Source: Verrucomicrobiia bacterium (GTDB lineage: Bacteria; Verrucomicrobiota; Verrucomicrobiia; Palsa-1439). From it: a stretch of DNA of 64,000 bases. A program made the translations under genes and the position numbers. Each line of letters begins with the position of its first letter. Positions within the stretch are counted from its first letter, which is position 1. The stretch lies in assembly GCA_022072455.1 (NCBI GenBank), contig JAJVHY010000001.1:3832-67831 (forward strand), read 5' to 3'. The notes beneath the pieces were generated by a model. The model made no database searches, had not been told where the DNA came from, and was given only the letters and a program-made list of their open reading frames with translations. Shown one piece after another: positions 46,252 through 55,463 of the stretch.

Positions 46252-47532
46252 ATGAATAATCCTGAAGGTACCATTGCGGTGGTGGGTTTGGGTTATGTCG
46301 GGTTGCCGCTCGCTGCCGCATTTGCCAAGCATCGCAAAGTCATCGGCTTCGATATCAACGCGAAACGCGTCGCGGAACTCGCCCAAGGCATTGACCGCAC
46401 CGGCGAGGTCCTCGGCGGCAACCTCAAGCATCCGAATTTCACGTTCACCTCCGACGGCCAACTCCTCCGGCAAGCCAAATACATCATCGTCTGCGTTCCC
46501 ACGCCGGTGGATCAAGCCAACGTGCCGGATCTTTCGCCCGTCATCGGCGCCTCGGAAGTTGTCGGCGATAACCTCAGCAAGGGCGCGATCGTTGTCTACG
46601 AGAGCACGGTTTATCCCGGCGTGACCGAACTTGTCGCGTTACCGGTGCTCGAAAAACGGAGCGGCTTGAAACTGGGTGACTTCAAAATTGGCTACTCCCC
46701 AGAGCGCATCAATCCCGGCGACCACGAGCATACCGTGGACAAGATCGTCAAAATCGTGGCCGGCTGCGACGCGGAGACATTGGCGGACCTCGGCCAGCTC
46801 TACGGCCTTGTCGCCAAGAGTATTCACCACGCCCCGAATATCATGACCGCCGAAGCCGCCAAGGTCATCGAGAACATCCAGCGCGACCTCAACATCGCGT
46901 TGATGAACGAACTCTCCATCATTTTCGACCGGGTCGGCATCCGCACGGATGAAGTCCTCGCCGCGGCCGGCACGAAATGGAATTTCCACAAATACCATCC
47001 CGGCCTCGTCGGCGGACACTGTATCGGCGTTGATCCATACTATCTGACCTACCGGGCGCAGGAACTCGGTTATCATCCTGAAGTCATCCTCGCCGGCCGC
47101 CGTGTCAATGACGCCATGCCGATCCACGTCGGCGAACAAATCATCAAAGGCATCAGCGCCGCCGGCAAGCCACTCAAAGGGGCAACGGTGCTTGTGTTGG
47201 GGTTGACTTTCAAAGAAAACGTCCCCGACATTCGCAACAGCAAAGTCCACGACACGATCACCTACTTGCAGGGGTTTGGGATCAAGGTGCTCGGCTGCGA
47301 TCCGATTTTGGATGCGCCCACGGTGAAAAAATACTTCGACCTCGAACTCGTGGACTTCGACAAGGTCGGGCGAGTGGATGCCGTCCTGCTGGCGAACAAG
47401 CATGACGTTTTCCGGTCACTAACCTTGGAACAACTCAAGACGAAGATGACGCCCCCGGTCTTGATTGACATCAAGAATCTCTTCAACCACCAAGCCGCCG
47501 CTGCTGCCGGTTTTTACTACAAGAGTCTTTAA
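46252..47532 (+). CDS. UDP-sugar / nucleotide-sugar 6-dehydrogenase (UDP-GlcNAc/ManNAc dehydrogenase-like)
   Basis: N-terminal Rossmann GLGYVGLP. Catalytic Cys region GGHCIGVDP. Confidence 0.85.
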   Translation: MNNPEGTIAVVGLGYVGLPLAAAFAKHRKVIGFDINAKRVAELAQGIDRTGEVLGGNLKHPNFTFTSDGQLLRQAKYIIVCVPTPVDQANVPDLSPVIGASEVVGDNLSKGAIVVYESTVYPGVTELVALPVLEKRSGLKLGDFKIGYSPERINPGDHEHTVDKIVKIVAGCDAETLADLGQLYGLVAKSIHHAPNIMTAEAAKVIENIQRDLNIALMNELSIIFDRVGIRTDEVLAAAGTKWNFHKYHPGLVGGHCIGVDPYYLTYRAQELGYHPEVILAGRRVNDAMPIHVGEQIIKGISAAGKPLKGATVLVLGLTFKENVPDIRNSKVHDTITYLQGFGIKVLGCDPILDAPTVKKYFDLELVDFDKVGRVDAVLLANKHDVFRSLTLEQLKTKMTPPVLIDIKNLFNHQAAAAAGFYYKSL

Positions 47533-48092
47533 GACCGCTTCCGAAACACGATTTTGGTGGGCGGCTTGGCTGCCGTGTGACCGGCGACGATTGTCTTCAA
47601 GAGCGTGCAGCGTTCCTCCGCCCGCTGTGCGGCCGGCGAGCCGGGAATCTTCCCGCGTAACTCCTCGATGATTTCCAATGCGCGCACCGGGTTATTGAGA
47701 CGAAACTGATACAAATCCGCAAACTTGTTGTGCGTCATCACCAGTGTGTCGGGAGTAGTCGCCTTGGTACACGCAGTAAGCAACTCGACTTCGGCGGTCG
47801 GAATATCATCGAGATGTGTGACGGCAATCTCCGCGATCTTGACGTGGACATAGACATCTTGTGGATACTGACGACCGATCTTCCGGTATTCCGCGATCGC
47901 CTCATCATACCGGCCTTCCTGGAGGCGTGCTTCGGCCAGACTGTATTCCGGCTGCGCCGGTCGCCCATCGTCGCCGGGAAAGAATAGTCCACCAGCTTTG
48001 TTCCCCATCCCCCGCATCGCCGGCAACCCAAACACCAGAAACGCGACGACCGCCAAAACCACCAGAAGTCCCAACAAGCCCACCAGACTCAT
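47529..48092 (-). CDS. small membrane-anchored TPR-like protein
   Basis: N-terminal TM helix. One or two TPR-like helices (YDEAIAEYRKIGRQYPQD...). Confidence 0.45.
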   Translation of the reverse strand: MSLVGLLGLLVVLAVVAFLVFGLPAMRGMGNKAGGLFFPGDDGRPAQPEYSLAEARLQEGRYDEAIAEYRKIGRQYPQDVYVHVKIAEIAVTHLDDIPTAEVELLTACTKATTPDTLVMTHNKFADLYQFRLNNPVRALEIIEELRGKIPGSPAAQRAEERCTLLKTIVAGHTAAKPPTKIVFRKRS

Positions 48093-48856
48093 AACCGGAA
48101 AAACTCCGTGGCCGTCTGACTCGTCACGCGAGCCACCTCCGTGACCGGCACGCCTTTCACCTGCGCAAGCACTTCCGCGATGTACGGGACAAATGCCGGT
48201 TCGTTCCGCTGCCCACGCTGGGGCACCGGTGCAAGATACGGCGCATCGGTTTCGAGCATGACCTTGTCGAGCGGGACTTGCCGGGCGACTTCCCGGAGCG
48301 CATCCGCCGTCTTGAATGTCAGGATCCCGGTAAAGCTAATGAGCAAGCCGAGCTCCAGACAATCGAACGCAAACTTGGCGTCGCCGCTGAAACAGTGCAT
48401 CACGCCCCATGGTCGAAACCCCGGCGCGTGGGCGCGGAGTATGTCGAGCAGATCGGTTTCCGCCGCCCGGTTGTGGATGACCAACGGCAGACGACATTCT
48501 TTGGCGAGTTCGAGATGCGCCAAAAGAAAATCCTTCTGCTGTGGCGCATTCTGTTTCGACCGGAAATAGTCCAGTCCAGTCTCGCCAACGGCGACGATCT
48601 TCGGCTGTCCGGCCAGTTCCGCGACCACTTTCATGTCACACAGCTTGCACTCGTGAACGTGGTTCGGATGCAACCCGACCGACGCAAACACGCCGGTATG
48701 TTGCCCGGCAATCTCCACCGCCCGGCGCGCATCTGACAAATCGGTGGCAATGCTGACGATCCGATCCACGCCGGCTGTCGCTGCGCGCGCGATGACCTCC
48801 GTCAGTTCGTCGGAAAACTCGGGAAAGCTCAAATGACAATGGGTATCAGTAAACAT
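48089..48856 (-). CDS. tatD: TatD family metal-dependent DNase/hydrolase
   Basis: DTHCHL, ...GETGLDY..., HCFSG, ...ETDAPYL. Confidence 0.9.
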   Translation of the reverse strand: MFTDTHCHLSFPEFSDELTEVIARAATAGVDRIVSIATDLSDARRAVEIAGQHTGVFASVGLHPNHVHECKLCDMKVVAELAGQPKIVAVGETGLDYFRSKQNAPQQKDFLLAHLELAKECRLPLVIHNRAAETDLLDILRAHAPGFRPWGVMHCFSGDAKFAFDCLELGLLISFTGILTFKTADALREVARQVPLDKVMLETDAPYLAPVPQRGQRNEPAFVPYIAEVLAQVKGVPVTEVARVTSQTATEFFRL

Positions 48857-48919
48857 AGGACTTGCGAATGCCGCGTCAGTCGTTTACCAAATTCCCACAA
48901 CCAACACACGGAGGAAATC

Positions 48920-49921
48920 ATGTCACGTCCCGTCACTCTTTTTACCGGCCAATGGGCCGATCTCACTTTTGAAGTCGCCTGCCAGAAGGCCAAGGCGTTC
49001 GGCTACGACGGCATCGAGTTACCGTGCTGGGGCGATCACTTTGATGTCAGCCAAGCCAGCAAGAGCAAATCGTACTGCGATGGCCGGCATGAAATCCTCG
49101 CCAAACACGGCTTGAAGACTTGGGCGATCTCCAACCATCTCGCCGGTCAGGCCGTCTGCGACAACATTGACGCGCGCCACAAATCCATCCTCCCCCCGCA
49201 CATCTGGGGCAACGGTAAACCGGACGGCGTTCGCAAACGCGCTGCTGAAGAAATGATGCGCACCGCGCAGGCCGCCAAGAATCTCGGCGTCAAAGTGGTA
49301 AACGGTTTCACCGGCAGCTCCATCTGGCATTATCTCTACAGTTTCCCGCCGGTCAGTCCGCAGATGATTGCCGACGGTTTCGCGCAATTCGCCGCGGCAT
49401 GGAATCCGATTCTGGACGAGTTCAAGAAATGCGGCGTCAAGTTCGCGCTCGAAGTGCATCCGACGGAAATCGCGTTCGACATCGCCAGCGCGGAGCGGGC
49501 GGTGAAGGCGCTCAAGGGGCGGAAGGAATTCGGGTTCAACTACGATCCGTCACACCTCGGTTATCAAGGCGTGGACTACGTGAAATTCATCCGCACGTTT
49601 GCCGATCGGATTTACCACGTCCACATGAAAGACGCGTGGTGGGGGCATGGCGACGGCACCGTCGGTGTGTTTGGCGGTCACACGAACTTCGGCGATGCGC
49701 GCCGGTACTGGGATTTCCGTTCGCTCGGCCACGGCGATGTCAATTTCGAGGAGATCATCGTCGCGTTGAACGACATCGGCTACACCGGCCCGCTCAGCGT
49801 CGAATGGGAAGACATCCGGATGGATCGCGAGCATGGTGCGACAGAAGCGTGTGCGTTCGTGCGCAAGGTTGACTTCAAACCGAGCAATGTCGCCTTCGAC
49901 GCAGCGTTCGAGAAGAAATAA
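48920..49921 (+). CDS. sugar phosphate isomerase/epimerase (xylose-isomerase-like TIM barrel)
   Basis: Start ATG 48920 with GGAGG RBS (the longer ORF overlaps tatD). AP-endonuclease-2 / XylA-like TIM barrel. Confidence 0.8.
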   Translation: MSRPVTLFTGQWADLTFEVACQKAKAFGYDGIELPCWGDHFDVSQASKSKSYCDGRHEILAKHGLKTWAISNHLAGQAVCDNIDARHKSILPPHIWGNGKPDGVRKRAAEEMMRTAQAAKNLGVKVVNGFTGSSIWHYLYSFPPVSPQMIADGFAQFAAAWNPILDEFKKCGVKFALEVHPTEIAFDIASAERAVKALKGRKEFGFNYDPSHLGYQGVDYVKFIRTFADRIYHVHMKDAWWGHGDGTVGVFGGHTNFGDARRYWDFRSLGHGDVNFEEIIVALNDIGYTGPLSVEWEDIRMDREHGATEACAFVRKVDFKPSNVAFDAAFEKK

Positions 49922-50019
49922 GACCGGCGATTCAGGCAGCGATGGCTGCGGTTCCTGAGGCTCTGGCTCGGGAACGAGTGGACAATCTTGCCGGAGGACT
50001 GGCGAATCCGACAAACGGA

Positions 50020-51159
50020 CTATTCGAGTTTGCCGAAGAGAATGCGCTCCTTTCGCGAGAGGTGTGTGTCGCCCTGCGTAACCACCAGATAAATTGCGCC
50101 GCGGTATTCACGGAAAGTCGGATACTGAAAGGATTGGGCGGTCTCGAAACGAAACTTGCGTTCCCAGTGCGCGCCGTCGGCGGAAACCTCGATGTTGAAG
50201 ACCGAGCGCATGACGCCCGCAATTCGGGTCCGCTCCTGCCAGCCGAGATAGTAAAGGCCGTTGAACTGGTCGAAGGTTGGCTTGGAACTGTCACCGTTTG
50301 ACACGAAGTCACGCGGCTGGTTTGAAGTCCAGTTCCTGCCGTCGCGGCTGGTCGTGAAGGTATAGTTGGCATCGCCGCCTTCCTGCCGGCAGATTGCCAG
50401 CCAAGTGCCGTCGGGTAAGCGATTCACCGCAGACTCGGTTAACTTCAGGTGGGGCGGTTCATTGTAGTGGCCGAGCACTTCAATGGTATTCCGGTGGTCG
50501 TTTAGGACGCCGAGCGCGTTCTGGCCGGAGGGAAAATTGTTGAGCGCCGCATACGTCCGCCCGTCGAACACCTTGAAGGAATCGCCAAAGTAGAGGCCAT
50601 AGTCGTGCACCGCACCCTGTAAATATTGTGGCTGCATGTCGAAGATGCCGGCCGCCGTTTTGATTTTTGCACGCTGGATGCAGTTGTCGAACGCCAGCCG
50701 GTCCAGATCGAAGTCAATGTACCAAGTCTGCGATTGCCGTTGCCCCGGCGCTTCGCTGGCAAAAAAGCAGCGCAACGTCTGGTCATTGACCCGCAGGATG
50801 CGCGGCACGAAACAGGCGCCAGCCGGCAAGGTCACGTTCGCGAACACCTGTTCGGACCGGGCAAACGGAAAGACACGCTCGATTTGCCGGGTCTTCAGAT
50901 TCACGACCGACAAAGCCGCATAAACAAAGGGCCAAGCCGGATTTTCATCCGGTCGCATATCGTTGGCCTCGTAAACCACAAACGCCCGGTCCCCCACAAG
51001 AACCATGTCGGCATCATGCGCGCCCTTGACGTTGGATGCGGTGACAACCACTAACCCCGCCAGCACCTCAGTGGCCGCTTGTTTAGCATCCCATCCTACC
51101 GGCAACACCTGCGCCCTTCCCGTCACCGCGTCACCTGAAACATTCTTCGTGAACGGCAT
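50020..51159 (-). CDS. BNR/Asp-box repeat protein, sialidase-like glycoside hydrolase candidate
   Basis: Asp-box-like SRDGRNWT and LPDGTWL. Confidence 0.55.
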   Translation of the reverse strand: MPFTKNVSGDAVTGRAQVLPVGWDAKQAATEVLAGLVVVTASNVKGAHDADMVLVGDRAFVVYEANDMRPDENPAWPFVYAALSVVNLKTRQIERVFPFARSEQVFANVTLPAGACFVPRILRVNDQTLRCFFASEAPGQRQSQTWYIDFDLDRLAFDNCIQRAKIKTAAGIFDMQPQYLQGAVHDYGLYFGDSFKVFDGRTYAALNNFPSGQNALGVLNDHRNTIEVLGHYNEPPHLKLTESAVNRLPDGTWLAICRQEGGDANYTFTTSRDGRNWTSNQPRDFVSNGDSSKPTFDQFNGLYYLGWQERTRIAGVMRSVFNIEVSADGAHWERKFRFETAQSFQYPTFREYRGAIYLVVTQGDTHLSRKERILFGKLE

Positions 51160-52393
51160 CCAGCGCCCATTTGCTGACCGGAGCCGGCTGTCGTTTCATC
51201 CACTTGCCATTCGTGAAATCCGGAAAGGCCACCGGCATGCTGCCCAATGCAATGGACTGTTCCGACAGACAGGTAACGCTCATCCAAGCCGCACAATCGT
51301 ACACATCGATCGGCGTGGTGGTTTTCTTGCGAACCGCGTCGAGAAAAGCCTGGATGGCCAGCCAGTCCGCGCCGGCATGGCCGCCGATCGTGTTCTGTTT
51401 GTAGTCGCGCCAGAGCGGATGTTCGTACCGATCGGAATAGGACTCGACGGCGTCCCAGAGGTGTGTCGTGTACGGATTGCCGGCCGCATCGATCTCCTCA
51501 ATGGTGCGGCTGACACCATCAATAAAGATTCCGTTGGCGTCCTCCAGCCAGAGGCCCTTCGTGCCCTGAACGCGCCCGTGCCGCGAATAGGGCCTGGGCA
51601 ACGTCACACTGCGGGTCAATGCGATCGTTTCGCCACCGGCACACTTGATGACGGTGGTGACGACGTCGCCGTTGTTGAAGACGATGTCGCCAACACCGTG
51701 CGCCCGGGCGTAACCAGCCAACGAGCGTGCCTTGGACGCGGTCGAGGTCAGGCTCAGGAAACGATTGCCGCGGTTGATGCCGAGGATCTTTGCAATCGGG
51801 CCGAGTTGATGGGTGGGATACAAGTCGGCGTTGCGACACCGGTTGTGAAGCGACCGCTCCAACCCGCGATCCAAGCCACCGACGAGATGCGCGCGCATCT
51901 CGTGCTCGTAGCCGCCCTCGCAATGAACGATCTCGCCGAACAACCCCTGCCGGACCATGTTGAAGATCATCAATTCGAGCCGGGCATAACAGATGTTTTC
52001 CAGCATCATGCAGGGCATACCGGTCTGTTCCGACGCATGCACTAACTGCCACAGTTCCTCAGTCGAAGACGCTCCACCAACCTCGATGGCGGCATACTTA
52101 CCGGCTTTCATTGCCGCTGTGGCGATCGGCAGGTGCGAAATCCAAGAAGTGGAAATAATAACCGCCTCCACATCATCACGCGCAAGCAAGTCATGATGGT
52201 TTTGGTAATCGGCGGGTGCGGGCCGCCCATTTTGCGCGAAAATACCTTTGATCTTGGTAATGGCCACAGCGGATAAGTCGCAAACTGCGACAACTTCGAC
52301 ATCCCGCGTCCCAAACAGTGACACAAGCAGCGTTTCCGCTCGTGCTCCCAAGCCAATCAGTCCCAAGTTGACCGCCTTATTTTGCATTTGCAT
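51131..52393 (-). CDS. Gfo/Idh/MocA family NAD-binding oxidoreductase (GH109-like architecture)
   Basis: N-terminal Rossmann LGLIGLGARA. Length and C-terminal domain typical of the family. Confidence 0.8.
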   Translation of the reverse strand: MQMQNKAVNLGLIGLGARAETLLVSLFGTRDVEVVAVCDLSAVAITKIKGIFAQNGRPAPADYQNHHDLLARDDVEAVIISTSWISHLPIATAAMKAGKYAAIEVGGASSTEELWQLVHASEQTGMPCMMLENICYARLELMIFNMVRQGLFGEIVHCEGGYEHEMRAHLVGGLDRGLERSLHNRCRNADLYPTHQLGPIAKILGINRGNRFLSLTSTASKARSLAGYARAHGVGDIVFNNGDVVTTVIKCAGGETIALTRSVTLPRPYSRHGRVQGTKGLWLEDANGIFIDGVSRTIEEIDAAGNPYTTHLWDAVESYSDRYEHPLWRDYKQNTIGGHAGADWLAIQAFLDAVRKKTTTPIDVYDCAAWMSVTCLSEQSIALGSMPVAFPDFTNGKWMKRQPAPVSKWALDAVHEECFR

Positions 52394-52404
52394 AACTCCT
52401 CAAC

Positions 52405-53757
52405 CTACTGCTGTGTCTCACCCAGTTCGCTGAGTTTTCCGATGAACCGGACCATCTCCAACCGCATGGTGTCAAGGTTCGCGGAGTTTCCGTCGGTCAT
52501 CTCCAGCCAGTGCAACGCCGTCTTCGCCAGTAGTCGGCCTGCGGGCCGGTCGCCAGCGAGCGCTTGGGCTGCCCGCATCTTCAACAGCGTCGCGTACCGG
52601 ATATCCGTCAGTTCCGCGCCGGTCGCGCCGTCGTACTCCGCCTTGTACGCCAACCAACTGAACCGCCGGCGATCCGTCACGCACGGGTCACCGCCCGCCA
52701 AGATCAACTCGCCCATCCGATGCCGCGCAATCGCCGCCAGCCGCGACGGCGTGCCCGCCCGCATTTCCGCATCCACCGGAAAATCGCGATCCAAATCGTA
52801 GTACGTTTTCGCCGGCGGCAACGGGAACGGCAGCACCCGCAATGTGAGTCCGCCGCCGGTGTATAAACCCGGCGCTGCGTTCTCCGGCACCTTGAAGTTT
52901 GAGGTCGCCGGAATCTTGCCGTGTTCCCCGATCAAGTCGGTTGGCAGGAAATCCTTCACCGCCAGCGTCTCGCCCGGCGAGACCACCTTGCGCAATTGAG
53001 GGCCGGGCCCGACCAACTGATCCAACAGATACTCATGCCGCGCTTCGTCCACGTGCCGCAGAAAATCGAGCCAGACCGGTATCCGCGCGAATAAATCCTC
53101 GAACGCCTTGCCGGGTTCATCGAGCAGGGACGTTTCTTCCAACCTATCAAGGTCCTTGAGTTTGCCGTCGGTCGTTTCGTAAGGCGCATCGGCCGCGGTC
53201 AACGGCACGATTCTGGTCTCGTAGAATTCCGGGTCAACACCGCGCAGCTTCCAGTACACGAGCATCTCGGTGCGGTCGTCCTTGTACCGGCGCCACGCGT
53301 TGCGGATCATCTGTTTGCGGATCAGCTTCAACGCAAACGCATCCGGCTTGCGCCACTCGATCTTACCCGACCACACCCCGGCAATCTCGAAGGGCCACGT
53401 CTCACCGTTCAGCGGCGCGTTCGTCCCGAAGTAATCGAACGGAATTGTAAACTCGCCACGCCCGTTCGTCTGCACATACCGGCGTGATTCCTTGCCGCCG
53501 CTGACGAGCGTGGCGTCCGCCAAGACTTGCTGGCCGCAATCCCGAATCGTCCGCCCATCAAGCAGCAGCCGGTACCCCGGCCCAAACGCCACCTCGACCG
53601 GCTTCTCGCTCACGATGCGCACTGACCAGCCCTGCATGCCGTAGTTCATCGCGAACTGCACGCCGTTGGTCGAAATCGTCGCCCCCTCGCCTGGCTCGCA
53701 CCGGTACGCCCACGCCGGCAAGCTGATCAAAAAGCTAAGAACTAACCATCGTGTCAT
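52405..53757 (-). CDS. secreted protein of unknown function, paralog A
   Basis: Signal peptide. Shares LPFPLPPAKTYYDLDRDF and the C-terminal ...RYATLLK...LHWLEM...ANLD...MVRFIG block with the adjacent gene. Confidence 0.5.
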   Translation of the reverse strand: MTRWLVLSFLISLPAWAYRCEPGEGATISTNGVQFAMNYGMQGWSVRIVSEKPVEVAFGPGYRLLLDGRTIRDCGQQVLADATLVSGGKESRRYVQTNGRGEFTIPFDYFGTNAPLNGETWPFEIAGVWSGKIEWRKPDAFALKLIRKQMIRNAWRRYKDDRTEMLVYWKLRGVDPEFYETRIVPLTAADAPYETTDGKLKDLDRLEETSLLDEPGKAFEDLFARIPVWLDFLRHVDEARHEYLLDQLVGPGPQLRKVVSPGETLAVKDFLPTDLIGEHGKIPATSNFKVPENAAPGLYTGGGLTLRVLPFPLPPAKTYYDLDRDFPVDAEMRAGTPSRLAAIARHRMGELILAGGDPCVTDRRRFSWLAYKAEYDGATGAELTDIRYATLLKMRAAQALAGDRPAGRLLAKTALHWLEMTDGNSANLDTMRLEMVRFIGKLSELGETQQ

Positions 53758-55463
53758 GGTTTGAGCCTCAGGATGAATTCAATCATTTGCCGCCGCACCT
53801 GATCGAGGTTCGCTGTTTTTGCGTCGAACTCCTCCAACCACCGCAAGGCCTCGCGTGCCGTCGCGCCGGGATTCTGCTCCGCCAGCGTCTTCAACAGCGT
53901 CGCGTACTTCACATCATCAACCGCCTCCCGGTACCCCTCCCACGCCAGTGTATCAATCACACCGTCAATCGTCGGGTACACCATGCAAAACGCCCGGTAC
54001 TCGCCGGGGTAGTAGTCATCCCAGACGAAACCGCCGCGCTTCTCCCATAACGTGTAATTCGAGGAACCGTCGTAATCCGCTTTGTACAACAGCAACCCGT
54101 GATTGCGCCGCGCCAAGTCGGGACTCTCCGCCCCGGCAAACGGCGCCGCGTACATCGTGATCCGCCCGCCGACCGCATGCCACCGCGCCGCCTCCGCGCG
54201 ATCGGGCAGCCCCGGCTTCGCCAGCCAATCCTGCACATGCCCGGCCTCCCGGAAGTTGGTCTCATCGCCGGTCGCAAACACCCGCCCGCCCAACTCGTGG
54301 ATGATTTTCCAAAACGGGACTTGCCGGCGCACAATCCACCGCGGCGCTTCGTCGCAGCCGTCCACCAACACGTCCCGGTGACCGTACACTTCCTGCACAA
54401 CGTCCAACACGCCAGCAATGTGCTGGCGGTATTTCTCGTAATCGACCGCCGTGTCCTGTTTGCGCTCAAAAAACAACTGGTCGACTGCGCTGCCCAACGC
54501 CACCAGTGGTCGCGTCGCCAACCCGGCCGCCGCACGCGCCCGCAAATCACGCCGCAGCACCTCGTGGTCTCGACCGTTGACTCGAAACTGCGCGTGCAGA
54601 TCATTGTGCTCGGCCCGGTTCTTGTATTCAGCGAACAGTTGTTCCTCCGTCCGCGAGGACGGCGTCGGCTCCTTGTCGCGCGGGCTGCGGGGGGCGCCCC
54701 CCCCCATGAATCCCGAGTAGAAGTCCCGGCGCGTGTCGTAGTACGTTTTCGGCGCCGGCAAGGTGAACGGCAACACCTGCACAGCGAGCGTTAGCGGCGG
54801 CCAAGGCTGACCATCAGCCGTGACGTTGATCTTACCCGCATAGTTGCCAGCGACGACATCAGGGGGAACTTTGACGGTGATCCAGAATTGCTTGGACTCA
54901 TTGCTGGTCAGTGTGACCGGCTGCAGCGTGGCCGCGTCCTTAACCGGGAAGACCTCTGGGAACAGGCGGCTGGGAATTTTCGGGTCTTTCATGTCCGGTT
55001 TGGCGTATTCGCGGACCCACATGTATTCGTCGCCGATGCGGATGTGGTTCTGGTTCGTCCCCGTGACCTTCATCAAGGTCTCATCGTGAAGCAACAACTC
55101 CGGCGTCAACTTGGCCGGCCAACCGTACCGGGGCACGGCTTTGTCCCACGCGCTGTTCCCCTGCCACCAGCATTTCACGACGCGGATATCCACCGTCATA
55201 CTGGCGAGGCCGGTCACGGTCAGTTCGAGCTTGGCCACGTCCCGGGAAGAATGGATCACGAACGAGGCCGGTTCGAATTCGCCCGGCGTGGCCACTACTT
55301 CAATCCGGTCGTCTACCTTTCCATCCTCCGGCACCACAGTCGGAAGTCGCATGATGGGACTGAGCGCGGGCACTTGATAATACCGGCATGGCGACTCGGC
55401 GTGGACCGATCCGGCCCCAAGAATCACGCACAGCAAAACACCACGACTTAGTCTAGGTCTCAT
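53754..55463 (-). CDS. secreted protein of unknown function, paralog B
   Basis: Signal peptide MRPRLSRGVLLCVILGAGSVHA. Motif LPFTLPAPKTYYDTRRDF. C-terminal block homologous to paralog A. Contains a G8-9 homopolymer in the coding sequence. Confidence 0.5.
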   Translation of the reverse strand: MRPRLSRGVLLCVILGAGSVHAESPCRYYQVPALSPIMRLPTVVPEDGKVDDRIEVVATPGEFEPASFVIHSSRDVAKLELTVTGLASMTVDIRVVKCWWQGNSAWDKAVPRYGWPAKLTPELLLHDETLMKVTGTNQNHIRIGDEYMWVREYAKPDMKDPKIPSRLFPEVFPVKDAATLQPVTLTSNESKQFWITVKVPPDVVAGNYAGKINVTADGQPWPPLTLAVQVLPFTLPAPKTYYDTRRDFYSGFMGGGAPRSPRDKEPTPSSRTEEQLFAEYKNRAEHNDLHAQFRVNGRDHEVLRRDLRARAAAGLATRPLVALGSAVDQLFFERKQDTAVDYEKYRQHIAGVLDVVQEVYGHRDVLVDGCDEAPRWIVRRQVPFWKIIHELGGRVFATGDETNFREAGHVQDWLAKPGLPDRAEAARWHAVGGRITMYAAPFAGAESPDLARRNHGLLLYKADYDGSSNYTLWEKRGGFVWDDYYPGEYRAFCMVYPTIDGVIDTLAWEGYREAVDDVKYATLLKTLAEQNPGATAREALRWLEEFDAKTANLDQVRRQMIEFILRLKP

